Made by a program: the position numbers and the translations under genes | In this document: piece after piece, positions 12,401 through 25,300 of the stretch | How positions within the stretch are numbered: position 1 is the first letter of the stretch | Layout: every line of letters begins with the position of its first letter | Notes under the pieces: generated by a model | What the model was told of the DNA's origin: nothing | Database searches by the model: none | The model's input: only the letters and a program-made list of their open reading frames with translations | Origin: Camelus dromedarius | Lineage: Eukaryota | Direction: 5' to 3' | Assembly: GCF_036321535.1 (NCBI RefSeq) | Contig: NC_087437.1 | Span: forward strand, 53,384,001 to 53,448,000 | DNA: 64,000 nucleotides

Positions 12401-14939
12401 AGTCTAAAATCAACAATCCTAAATGCCTGCCCCAAATCACACCATTGTCAGGAGGCTGAGCTGCCCCCTCCTGGCTCAGGGATGATCAGCTCTGTTTCTC
12501 CTCAGCTGGCCCACCTGGTGGTGATTCCATTCAGGAGGGCTGGGGAAAGGGCAGCAGAGCAGCACGGGGTCTGCGCTGTGTAAGACAAGGTGAGGACCAC
12601 AGGAACCGTCACATCTGACAGCAGACGTTGTCCCGCGTGTCCTTTGCACCAGGGCTGTGCCAAGCATCTTGCAGGAGCTTCCCCTGGACCAGTCCTCACC
12701 GAGACCTCGAGAAACGGCAGCTCCTGCCACCTTCCTTGGACAGGGAGGAAGGAGCCTGTGCCATCTAGTCAGGTGGCCACCGGCAATAGTTGAGCACCTT
12801 AAGTGAGGTGAGCTGCGGTGTGAAACAAAGAGCAAAAACGATCTCGTAAGGTTTTCTTAATTACAGATTGAAACGATCGTATGTTGAATCTATTGGGTTA
12901 AGTAAAGCATTAAAATAAATCTCATGTTTCTTTTTAGCTTTCTAAATGTGGCTACTTAGAAAATTGAAACATGGAACTTGTAGTATGTTTTTCTGGAAAG
13001 CACTGGGTTAGATGATGACCCTACACCAGAGCCGGGATTCAAACCCGGGCTGATGTCTCCACAGCTTTGTTTTTCACTCCTGTGCTGAAACTCAGTCTCT
13101 GTGTTGATCCTAAAATCATCCACACATGTGATGGGGACCAAACATAAGTGTCCCTGGGGTGGGGCTCTGGAGAAAGACGAAATATGTTCCCCTCTTTGTA
13201 CAAGTGGGTACAACTCTGTGTGTGTGCGAGCGCGTGCACGTACAGACCTCTAGGGGTGCTGTTGTCTTAGGGGCAAGGAAACTAAATGTTACAGCACACG
13301 CCCACGGTCTCAGGCCCTCTATGGAGGAAACGGCAGAAATGGAATTTAAACCAAGGTCTGTCTGACTCCAAAGACGGACCTCTTCCCCCTGCCGACACAC
13401 TCCACAACCTAGAAGGAAGCTGGGCTCAGGTTATTTGAAACTGGATGGAAACCGAGATCCCTGGGCCATGGTAAACAAGTTCCATCTTATCGGATCCCAG
13501 GAGCGATCTCTCCTGGAAAAGGGAACCATGTCAGGTAAAGAGACGGGCTGTGGTCCTTCACGGCGGAGCTGATGGCTCTCAACGATCCCCTGGTTCGATA
13601 CCCGGTTTCACTGTTGAGGAACCTGGGCTTTAGAAGGCTTGTGCCACTCACCCATGGTCACACAGCTAAGGGCTGGACCAGGACATCTGAGTCAAAGTTG
13701 CTTTCCTCTTTGGTCAGAGTTTAATCCTCTTTTAACCTGTTTGAGTCCTGTCTCTCCTTTCCATTGCAGTGATGGCCTAAATGTGTGCACATCTAATGCA
13801 CTGGCTCGGGCCTCAGGCTGTCTCCCCTGTTGGTGCCCCCTTTCCTGTTCTGCCTCCTTCATCCTCTCAACCTTTTCCTGTTCCTCATCCGAGCCCTGGG
13901 ACTGTTTGTGCACTCGCTGGCTGTAAGTAAATTTTTATTGTACCCCAGAATTTGACATCTAGTTTCCATACCCATTTCTGGTTTTGAGACCCATTTTCCT
14001 AATGTTGCAGAAAGCTTCTAGTTGAGGATCCTTTTCATCAGAGCAAACGTTGCAGTAGCCTAAGTGTAACTCTTTTAATTACCAATTGAATGAACTTGGA
14101 AAGTCAGTTAACCAAAGTAAGCCTCAGTAGCCAGATCTGTAAAATGGGCTAATCACAGCGCCTGCCTCATAGGAGATTCTGTACATGGAGGGCTCAGCCC
14201 ACACGTGGCACCCGGTGGTAGCTGCTGTTATAGGTATAATCATGGTAGTTACTTGAAACTCCACGGGCACTTACTGAACAGTTCCACAATGCCAGGGACG
14301 GTGTTAGGCTCTCTGGAGTCAAGGGTTAATAAGACTAATTAGATTAATAAGATACAGCCCCTAATTTCTGCAAGCAAGTAATCAATTTTCAAGGCTTGAT
14401 TTATAAACTAATGATCCCAGCTCCTTAGAGATAAGCGTTAGGCATTGTTTCCAATGAGGAGCAACATTAGGAAATATCTTCCCTAATTCCGCCAATGATC
14501 ATGTTCTTAAAATGCTGCTACTTATGTTTTAGTGAGGCATGCTGAAGTGTGAAGAGGGAAAATGGATGAAAAACTTGTCTTTTTTCTAAAATTTTTTCAC
14601 TATAAAAGTTTTCAAGGGCACACAAAAGTAGAGAACGGCCCTATGAAACTCCACATGCTCCACACAGATTCAGCAATTCCCGGGATGCTGCCACATTTGC
14701 TTCATGTCGCCTCTATGTCTTTTTCTTGTTTTCTTTGCAGCAGGTCCTAAACTTATTCGAGCACAGAACACAGAGGACCAGGGTGGGAAGTGGGGGGTGG
14801 GGCTGGGTGGAGAGACGCGTGGGGAGCCATCTCACAGACTGGGTTTCTATGAAATACCTTCTGTGATGCCCTAATCTAGACGCTTCCCACCAGTGCTGGC
14901 TCTTTTTTCTTGTGACAAACTATCTCTGATGTGTGTGTG

Positions 14940-15052
14940 TTTTTTTATTTATTTAGTTATTTACTATTTTTTTAATGGAGGTACTGGGGATTGAACGCAG
15001 GACCTTGCACATGCTAAGCAATTGCTCTACTTCTGAGCTATACCCCCACCCT
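14940..15052 (-). mobile_element. tRNA-Ala-derived SINE (Vic-1-like)
   Basis: tRNA-like head and A-rich tail. Confidence 0.85.
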
Positions 15053-15430
15053 GCTGTGTATGTGTTCTTTAAATAAAAATTTTGAAAAGACAGTTGTGCT
15101 TTGTACACTTTCAGTTGGTAGTAACTTCCAAGTAGAACTCCAAGCAGAAGCTAAAAGAGAAAAGCAAGTCTCAGTTAGTGTTTTCCTGTATCCCAGCCCA
15201 CCTTCCAGTCATTATCTATCTCTTAACGACAGTGTTAGATTTTAGTCTCTTAATAAGTTTGCTTCCAGGCAACTCCACAGAAAAAAAGGGTAGAATTGGA
15301 GTGTGATACGAGAACTATTGATATACATTCATTCTTTTTTAAAATGTAAATGAACTCTTTGTTTTAAAAACCTAAATGAGGCTAAATAAAACCCTTTCTA
15401 GTCTGATTGGGGTGGGGTTTGAGCCTTTTT

Positions 15431-15563
15431 CCTTTTTTTTTTTTGCGGGGGTGGGTAATTATGTTTATTTAGTTAGTTTTTTATGGAGGTACTAGGGATT
15501 GAACCTAGGACCTCATCCATGCTAAGCATGTGCTCTACCACTTGAGCTATACCTTCTCACCCC
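15431..15563 (-). mobile_element. tRNA-Ala-derived SINE (Vic-1-like)
   Basis: Head and tail present, TSD-like cctttttc. Confidence 0.85.
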
Positions 15564-15894
15564 TTTTTCTGATCTAACAAGAATAGTTAACCTGGGTGGT
15601 CAGGCAGGGAGTCGGAACTCCCTGAGCACCATCAGCACCCATGAGATTCTGGGTACCAACCCGAGATGGATCAGAGTGTGGCCGAGGATGTCAGCTGGAG
15701 GCAAGGTGCTTGGGGAGGATGAAAGAACGTGACAGCCTGCATATTCTGATTCAGCTGGAGCCCGGGACACAAACCAGAATCCAAACATGACCTCCTAGAA
15801 GCCTTGGCCCGAGTGTTTTTTCTGATTTCTTGGGAAAAGATTAGGAAAGTTAAATTTGCTTACATGTACACGTGAGTATGAGATTGCTCAGGGG

Positions 15895-16060
15895 TCTGAG
15901 GTTAAATATTGGCAAATCCTGTCCAAAGTACTGACCCAGGGAAATCCACACTTAGAATTCAAGGGTATGAAATAGGATATTGTCTTTCAAATCCTGGTCA
16001 CCCATTCAGACTGCGATTATAAAACTGCTCAAATTGACCTTTCAGAGCCTTATAAGCAGC
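15895..16060 (+). promoter_or_regulatory. FETUB proximal liver-type promoter
   Basis: HNF1-like GGTTAAATATTGGC (15900-15913), HNF4-like GTCCAAAGTAC (15921-15931), TATAAAA (16018-16024). Motif match only. Confidence 0.55.
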
Positions 16061-16120
16061 TCGGTCCCTGCAGCTCCACGTACTGACCACTGACCGCGCC
16101 TGGGACTTGCTCCCCGCAGA

Positions 16121-16345
16121 ATGGGTCTCCTCCTACCCCTGGTGCTCTGCGCCCTGGTTGTGTGCTGCCGGGCTGCACCTCCAACCCAGCAAGCCCCCAG
16201 CCCCTCGCCTCTCCTCTCCCACAGCTGCAACAGCTCGTATGTGCTGGAAGTCGCGAACTTCATCCTGCAGGACATCAACAGGAACCGAAAGGACGGCTAC
16301 GTGCTGAGCCTCAACCGAGTGAGCGATGTCCGTGAACACAGACAG
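16121..16345 (+). CDS. FETUB: FETUB coding exon 1 (MGLLLP...REHRQ)
   Basis: ATG at 16121, 75 codons. Donor is the non-canonical CAG|GCAAGT, the only nearby donor that keeps frame with exon 2. Confidence 0.92.
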
Positions 16346-19300
16346 GCAAGTGACAGTCCCGTCTGGGGCAGGTGTTTGTACAAGCTGTGGGGGCGGCCAC
16401 GGGACGCTGAATACTCATGGCTCTCTTCTGCCAGGATGCTACACGCTCTTATTGTTATCAGAAACAGGTGCTGATGTTAATCCTCTCTGAAACCTGAGTG
16501 TCCCACCATTTATAAGAAATCTTCACAAAGATCATAGCCTTTGGCTTGACCTTAAAACAGAGTGTTTTGGCCAGTCTTTAGCGGTTTCTGCTTCACGGGG
16601 GCTGTGCATTTCTCCACCCCTTCCTACAGGGTGACCTGGGAAGCCTGTTCTATTACACACTGGACGTGTTGGAGACGGACTGCCATGTGCTCAGCCGGAG
16701 GTCATGGAAGAACTGTAGTGTGAGGTACTTACATCTGTCGGTAAGTGCTTGTGTCCAGGAGCTCAAGGGGGAAAACCTGGTGTCCACTGTCTACAGAACG
16801 AAGACTGTTCAACATGTGCCGTCCTCAAATGTCCCTCTTTATAATCTCTTGGGCAGGGTGTCTATGTGGTAATCCTGATTCTATAGACAAAACAGTTTAA
16901 TCAGGGTCGCTTTGGGGTCCTGACACCAGAATTGAAAAGTTGCCCCCAAATTGTTTCCTAGCCTCCAAGCCCTCCTGTAGGCGCTGAAAAAATTTTTAAG
17001 TTATGAAAAAAATACCTTAGATGTAGCTCTCTGAATGTGTGTCTCCAGAAGACTTTAGAAGCAATGTAAGGAGAGCTTTTAAATTTGTTTCATTCTGCTT
17101 TGTTTTGTTTTAATGAACACTGATATGAGATTTGAGGCTGGGGAGAGGAAGGGGCTTATGGTACAGGAGCTCTCAGAGGTGCCATGGAAGGATTCCCTGG
17201 AATCACAGAACCTAAGCCGAGTCAGAATTGATCCTTTTAAAGATGGCCATAGAAGAGGCTTAACAATAACAGTTTTCATTTGATTCTCAACAATCCTGAG
17301 ATGATTTTCATTGATTGATCTGAAATTTTATGACATGAGTGACAGGAGTGTGATATAAGTGTTTAGAAGTAAACTATTTGACCAAGATAACTTTTTCTAA
17401 TCATTTAACCAAATTTGTCAAACTTCACCCACCTGGTTTTGAAAAGCAAATAGTCTATTTACCTTATGAATTATATTTGTTAAGGTGACACTGGTTGCTG
17501 TAATACATATACTAAAAATTGTATACTGACTGCAACTTGATAGAAATTGATTTCTCATTCATGTGAAGTTCAAAATAGGAATTACTGATCAGTAAGGGGC
17601 TTTCCTCCAGGAGTGATTTGGAGACCCCGGTTCCTTCTACATTGTGGCCCTAGACTCTGCTGCCTTCAGCTCATGGTTTCCTTGGTCACCATGCTCATCT
17701 GTATCAGGCTCCAGAAGGATAAATAGCATGGAGGACAGATAGCATGTGGGAGAGACTTATGGGCTACACTTGGAATTGGTTTGACATCACTTCCGCTCAC
17801 CTTGCTATGGTTAAAACTCAGTGACACAGAGTAACAGCTAAGCAGGGAGGAAGCCCAGAAGTAGTCTGGCAGTGTCCCAGGAGAAGGTTAAACTGTTGGA
17901 TGATCAGCTGGCAGTTTCCCCTACCCAAAATCACCAAGACTGACCTTAATTTTCTCGTTATTTAAAAATGAAATGTCCAGTTTCATTTTGAGGGTATTTT
18001 TAAAAGTCATAGTCCATTTCACCAGGTCATAAAATGTATTTCTTTGTTCCAGGTTTATGGTCAATGCAAAGCAATATTTTACATTAATGAGGCAAGAAGA
18101 ATTTTCTATTTAGCTGCTTATAATTGTACTCTTCGCCCAGGTAAAAGATCACTCTGATTTTATTCACGTTAATGTTAGATGGACAGAGAGCATTTAACTA
18201 TACTATGCAACAGTGTCTAGGGTTTCTCCCATCCTTCCTATTCCTTCCAAAGCCAAGTTCTTCATACATCCAACACTTGTGCTGCTCCTCTTCCTACAAT
18301 TTATCTTTCTAAATAACCTGCAATCGCTGTACATGGTATCCTACATCAAATCCTAAAGTTTTAGTCTGACATAAATTGTATAATCTCTACAACTTGTCCC
18401 CAGGCTTTTCTAGCTATTTCTGCCTTATTTCCCTCACTACACCCACTCTCCACTCCATTCAACTGGATGTCTCACTATTTTCTGAACACACGTCACGCTT
18501 TCCAATAACTGCATCATGTTTGTGCCTCTCTCTTTGCTGAGGATGCCCTCCCCTCATAACCTCTGCCCTTGGAACTCATATCCGTTCTTTAAAGACCATT
18601 GCCAATGCTGCCTCTAACACTGTGTTCTCTATTCAAGGGGGAAAAAAAAGAGAAAAAAATGGTGTTCCTCTGTTTTACATCCCTATACACACGTGAAACA
18701 CAGACCATGCACTGCCTTGATTTGGGGTCTTCTATCTTATATCGTGTAGAACATTTTATCCTTTCCTCCTTCCTCTCTGCTACAACTCTCCCCCAGTTCC
18801 TATCAAGTGTAAGGAGTCCATAATATTGTTGAATAAATGAGTAAATGCACATGCATTTATTCTGGGTCCTTCTTTGAAAAGCAAGCATCCTTGTGCAGAG
18901 GGTATAGCTCAGCGGTAGAGTGTGAGCTTAGCATGTACAAGGTCCTGGGTTCAATCCCCAGTACCTCCATTAAAAATAAATAAATAACCTAATTATCCAA
19001 TCCCCTAAAAGAAAAAAAAAAAAGAAAAGAAAAGTAAGCCTCCTTGGCGTGGGGAAATGGGATATGACTACCCATCAAACTATTATGTGCCTGTGAGTCC
19101 CCTGGTGGATCTCGTTCAAGTGCAGGTTCTGATTCCCCAGGTCTGCAGCGGGGCCTGAGTTTCTGCATTTCTAACAAGCCCTAGGTGGTAAGAAGGCTGC
19201 TGTTTCCTTTGAGGGACAGGACAATGGAGATAAAGTTTCCTGGCTGTGAAGATGAGACTCCCCTAAAATAAATCAGAGAACCACAACTAATAAAATAGAT

Positions 19301-22300
19301 CAGGACTTAAATGGAAGTCATAGGTACCAGAGCTGTAAGAGGTCAGGAAATAACATGTGGGGATGGTGCTGGGTGTGCCAAGCTGTGGACGTAATTCCCC
19401 GGCAAAACACCCAAATAAAGACACAATTGGTCAGAGCAATGTGCATGCTAGACAAGTTTCCTGGTCTGAGTTTTACCTTAGTTTTGCTTCCCACCCCAGC
19501 TCCTCCCAATCAGACATTTTAGCTGTACTATTAGTGTGATTATTCTATCCATTGGTACAGTGATTTGACCAATTTTTATTTTATGGCTCACTTGCATTTT
19601 CTAACCAAAGAGGGTGTACCTCCAACGTCCCTATGTCAGTCACTCACTCATCCATTCAGCAGGCATCTACCAAGTGGTTACCACACATAAGACATTATGT
19701 TAAGTGTTGGAGACCAAAAGGTAAATGAAACATGACAGCAATGAAATCCCAATTCAGTCTGCTTCACAGAGGCAATGGTAGTGGAAGATATTGTGCTAAC
19801 TGGGAAAATTTTTTTTATACCAATGTACAGTTGACCCTGGAACAACACAGGTTTGAACTATAAGGGTCCACTCAGAGGTGGATTTTTTTCACTGAATACA
19901 TACTACAGTATCACACCATCTGTGGTTGGTTGAATTGGTGGATACAGAGGCCAGATGTAAGGTTAAATGAGGATTTCAACTGTACTATTTTGTGTATTTT
20001 TAAACAAAATTCCTGGGGTAAAAAAATTTGTGTAAGGTGAAAAAATATTGCTTTGATTATTTTTTAATTATGGAAGCAATGCATGCTTATTGCAGAAAAC
20101 TCTGCAGAAAGCTAACTTTCTTTCTAGATAATGCTTTGCCACTCCATTCTTGCTGACACTGAGCATTTGTTTCCTTTCAATCTCTATCTCTGTTGTAATC
20201 ATATGATTTATAGGATTAAAAATCATTAAGGCATTTTCTTTTTAAACCTGCTTTTTAAACTTTGGCATCAACAGTTTCTCAATTAGCGATTGTCAGAATG
20301 TGTCCCGACTGCCCTGGCCCCGCTGGTTTGTCAGAACCCAGAGTCTGGGAAGCTGTCACCGAGTCTCTTGCAGAATACAACAGTAGGAGCACCTCGAAGT
20401 ATTCTCTCGTCAAAATCACCAAGGCTTCTAGTCAGGTGAGGCTGCAATCCCGGCTACAGCAATGTGCCTCCAAACTGTTGCTAACACTTCTCAGACTGAG
20501 AGGACATTACCAAGGCACTCCTTTTGATTAGAATCCAAGAGCCTTTTCTTCATTCCCTACTTTGGTGGCCGTGATGCGTATTCAATCACGTTTTAGTTTC
20601 TGAGTCGTTCTGTGGGATTTCCACTAGAGCTGTATGGTTTGATTTTACTTCATTGCCCTGAAGGCAAGAAGCGAAATGGACACACAGACTCCTTGGGTTG
20701 TTCCACCTGGGTTCGCGATTTCCTACCACATTCTCTTTTCTGGTTGACCACGGACCATTTAGCAAGTTGACTTCTGTTCCATGTTAGGTATAGGAGTGGA
20801 TGTCGAGTTTTATGGGTTAGGGGAAACGTCGGCTCACTTGTATTTGAATTATGTTGGTATCTCTCATACGGAGAAAAGCTAATCTGAAAACAAATTTATG
20901 TGAGGAAAAATAAGCTCACCCAAGGGAAAGTCTTTAGAACCCATTCAAATCCTTAAGAAGGGAAGAAAGACATGGTGAATATGTTTTCTAAATAATAAAA
21001 TCGTAATACATGGTTTGATCATGGCGGGGATTACGGGACACACAACAGTCTAGCCCCTGTGTTGACAGTGACTCTGTGAATGTATGGTCTCTGTAAATAC
21101 AGTGCTGCCAAACCTGAGTCATTTCTCCACTTGGGAAGGTTTGATTTTTATTTCTCAACTCTTGTCTCCTACTAGTGGGTGACTGGCCCTGCCTACTTTG
21201 TGGAATATTTAATCAAAGAGTCACCATGTACCATATCCCAGGCCAGCAGCTGTGCACTTCAGTCCTCTGACTCCGTGGTGAGTACTCATCAACGTCTTCA
21301 TAATTTAAGATTTGTGTTCACAGACCATCTGTGTGTATTTTTTGAGCACAAATTATACATGAGGTGTTGTAATGCACGAGATAATTTTCTTCCCCTTAAG
21401 GAGTGACTGACTAGAGATGGCCCAGATGTGATAATATTTGATGGTAAGTGCAGTTTTCATCAGAAATCTGATACGTTCGCAAAAAAATGATCATAAGAGG
21501 CTGTAAAATATAGACAAATCTCAGTGGTTGGTGGTGGTCCCGCTTTTATCTGAACAAAGCCAGTCACATTGGGAATACAGCATGGTGTTGCTCTCCTTGA
21601 ACCACTCTTCAAGAAGGACAAAGTCAAACAGGCCTTCTCTCAAAGAATGTAGCTAACTGGGGAGGGTGCCTTGAAACCGCCTAAAGCACACCTGGTAGGA
21701 ACATCAGTTGGCACAGTGTATCATTGCACAATTAGGCAACCAGAAGCCTTTTCCCCTCTTATTCACTTATTTGTAATAACAGCTTTATTAAGATATCATT
21801 CACACACCATAAAATTCAGACTTCTATGGTGTACAACTCAGTGTCTTCTAGTCTATTCACAGAGCTGTGCCACCATCACCAGTATCTAATTTTAGAATAT
21901 TTCATCAACTCAGAAAGAAACTCCAGACCCATTAGCAGTCATTCCCTTGCCCCCTCACCTATGCCCCTGGAAACCACTAATCTACTTACTATCTTTGTGA
22001 CTTCGCCTTTTTTTTAAAAAAAAAAAAACATTTTATATAACAGAATCATACTCTATGTGGCCTTTTGTGTCTGGCTTCTTTCATTTAGCAAAATGTTTTC
22101 CACGGTTATCTCTGTTTAACAGGTATCAGTGCTTCATTTCTTTTAATGGTCAAATAATATTCCATTACATGGATATACCAGATATTGTTTTCCATTAATC
22201 AGTTGATGGATATTTGAGTTGTTTCCTCATTTGAGATATTAGTAACAGTGCTACGTTACATGAACATTCGTGTAAAAGTTTTTATGTGTACGTGTGGTTT

Positions 22301-25300
22301 CATTTCTTTTGGGTATATACCTTGGAGTGGCATTGCTGGGTCATATGAGAAGCCTACATTTAACCTTTTGACTACAAACTGTTTTCCAAAGTGACTGCAC
22401 CAGTTTCACAAACCCATCAGCAATGTATAGGGTTTCAGTTTCTCCACATTTTTGCTTATTATTATTATTATCTGTCATTTTTATTATAGATATCTTACTG
22501 AGTGTGAAGTGGTTTCTTATTTTGGTTGTATTTTTTTTCTCATGGCTAATGATGTTAAGTATCTTTTAATGTGCGTTTTGGCCATTTGTATGTATTCTTT
22601 GGAGAAATGTCTATTCAAAACCTTTCTCATTCAAAATTGGATTATTTATCTCTTTATTGTTGAATTGTAAGAATTTTTTATGTGTTCTGGATATGACCCT
22701 CTTATCAGATATATGATTTTCAAATATTTTCTCCTCTGAGTTGTCTGTTCATTTTCTTGATGCTGTTCTTTGAAGTACAAGTTTTTAATTTTGATTAAGT
22801 CCTATTTATATATTTTTCTTCTGTTGAATATGCATTATGTGTCATAGCTAGGAATCTATTCCCTGTTCCAAGATCACTAGGATTTACTCCCACCTATTCC
22901 TCTAAGACTTTTATAGTTTTAGCTTTAGGTCTCTGACCCATTTTTGAGTTAGTTTTTATATATGGTGTGAGGCTAGAGATTCAACTTCAGTCTTCTGCTT
23001 GTGACTATCCAGTTGTCCCAGCACTATTTGTTGAAAAGGGTGTTATTTCCCCTATTTAATTGTATTGGCATACTTTTTGGGATCCCTTGACTGTAAATGT
23101 AAGGGTTTATTTCTGTACCCTCAATTTTATTCCACTGACCTGCATATCTGTTCTTACATCAGTACTGCACTATCTCCAACACTGTAGTTTTGTAGAAAGT
23201 TTTGAATTGGGAAGTATGGGTCATCCTATTTTGCTCTTCTTATTCAAGATTGTTTTGGGTATTCTGGATGTCTTTCATTTTTATAATAAATCAGCTTTAG
23301 AATAAGCTTGTCAGTTTCTATTTTTATAAAACAGTTGGAAATTTGATAGGGATTGCATTGAATCTGTAGACCAAGGTGGAAAACACTGTCATCTTAAAAA
23401 TATTAATTCTTCCAGTCCATGAATATGGGATGTCTTTCTATTTGTTTAGGACTTATTTAATTTCTTTCAGCAATGTTTTGTAGTTTTCAGTGTACAAGAC
23501 TTTCACTTTTTTGTATACCTAAGTGTTTTATTCTCTTTGATGCGGATATAATGTATTTGTCTTAATTTTATTTTTAAATTATTGATATATAGAAACACAA
23601 TTGATTTTTATTTATTGACTTTGTATCCTGTAACCTTGCTGAACTCACTTATTAGTTCTAATAGTTTTCTAGTAGATTCCTTAGGATTTTCTGTGTACAA
23701 GATCATGAGTTCTATAAATAGAGTTTTATTTCTTCCTTTCCAATCTGCATGACTTTTAATTCTTAACCTAATTTCCCTGACTCATACTACCAGTATAATG
23801 TTGAAAAGAGGTGGGAGAACAGATATCCTTCTTGTATTCCTGATTTTAGGAGAAAAGCATTCAGTATTTCAAAATTTAATATGATGGTAACTGTAGGTTT
23901 TTTATAGCTGCTCTTTATCTAAACTTGACAAAGTTCCTTTCTATTCCTAGTTTTTCCAAATGTTTTTAATCAAGAAACAGTGTTGGAGTTTGTCAAATGC
24001 TTTTTCTGTGTTAATGAGATAGTCATGAGTTTTTTTTCTCCTTTAATCTATCAACATTGTGTATAACAAAGGTTTTTATACTTTTGAACAGTCTTGGACT
24101 TTGGGGATGAATCCCAGTTGATCATGGTGCATTATTCCTTTTATATGTTCCTGAATTCAGCTTGCCAGTGGGTTTCTTTTTTAAATTTTTTAAATCTATA
24201 TTTATAAGAGATATCGATCTATTGTTTTCCTGTGTTGTATCTGCCTGATTTTCATATGAGTTTAATATTGGCTTTATAGAGTGAGTTGGGAAAATTTCCC
24301 TCCTCTTCTGTTTTATTTTGGAAGAGTTTGTGAAGGACTGGTATTCTTCTTCAAATATTTGATGGAATTCACCCAGGCTTTTCTTTGTGGGAAGTTCGTT
24401 TGATTAATAATTCAATCTCTTGTTATAGGTTTATTCAGATTTTATATTTCTTCTTGAGTAAGTCTTGGTAGTTTGTATCTTCCTAGGAATTTGTCCATCT
24501 CCTCTAAGTTATCTAATTTGCCAGCATACAATTGTTCATAGCATCTCACTTTTATTTCTGAAAGATTAGAAATGGTGTACCCTATTTAATTCCAATTATA
24601 GTAATCTGAGTCATTTTTTTCTTGGTCAGTTTATCTAAAGCTTTGTCAATTTTATTGATCTTTTCAAAGAATTAACTTTCAGTTTCATTTATTTTCATTG
24701 TTTGTTTTTATTGTCTAGTTCATTTATTTCCTCTCTACTCTTTATTTTCACATTCCTTTTACAAGCTTTGGGCTTAGTTTACTCTTCTTTTTCTAGCTTT
24801 TTAAGGTAGAAGTTTAGGTTATTGATTTACAATCTTTATTTTTTGTTTTAACATAAGCATTTACATTTACAAATTTCCCTCTGAGCAATGACTGAGCTGC
24901 ATCTTACAAGTTACACATGTTGTTTTTGCTTCCATTCATCTCAAAATATTTTCTAATTTTCCTTGTGATTTCTTCCTTGACCAATTGATTTTTTAGGAGT
25001 ACATTATTTAATTTCCACATATTTGTGAAAATTCCAATTTCCTTCTGTTATTCATTTCTAATTTCATCCCATTATGATTGGAGAATGTACTTTATGTGAT
25101 CTCAATTCTTTTAAATTTATTGAAGCTTGTTTTATGGTTTAATATAAGGTATATCTTAGAGAATGTTCCATGTACACTTGAGAAGAACGTGTATTCTGCT
25201 GTTGTTAGGTAAAGCATTCCGTATTTTTCAGTTTTTTGAGGAACCTCCATGCTGCTTTCGTTGTAGCTGCACCAGTTTACATCTCTACCCATAGTGTGCC

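Noticed and set aside
1..16000. AHSG (fetuin-A) exons expected upstream of FETUB
   Set aside because: No cystatin-like exon was found. The region is mostly L1, L2, MIR and LTR debris, so AHSG presumably lies outside the window.
18895..18970. Apparent tRNA-Ala genes, here and at the other SINE heads
   Set aside because: They have mutated stems, A-rich tails and TSDs, so they are SINEs.
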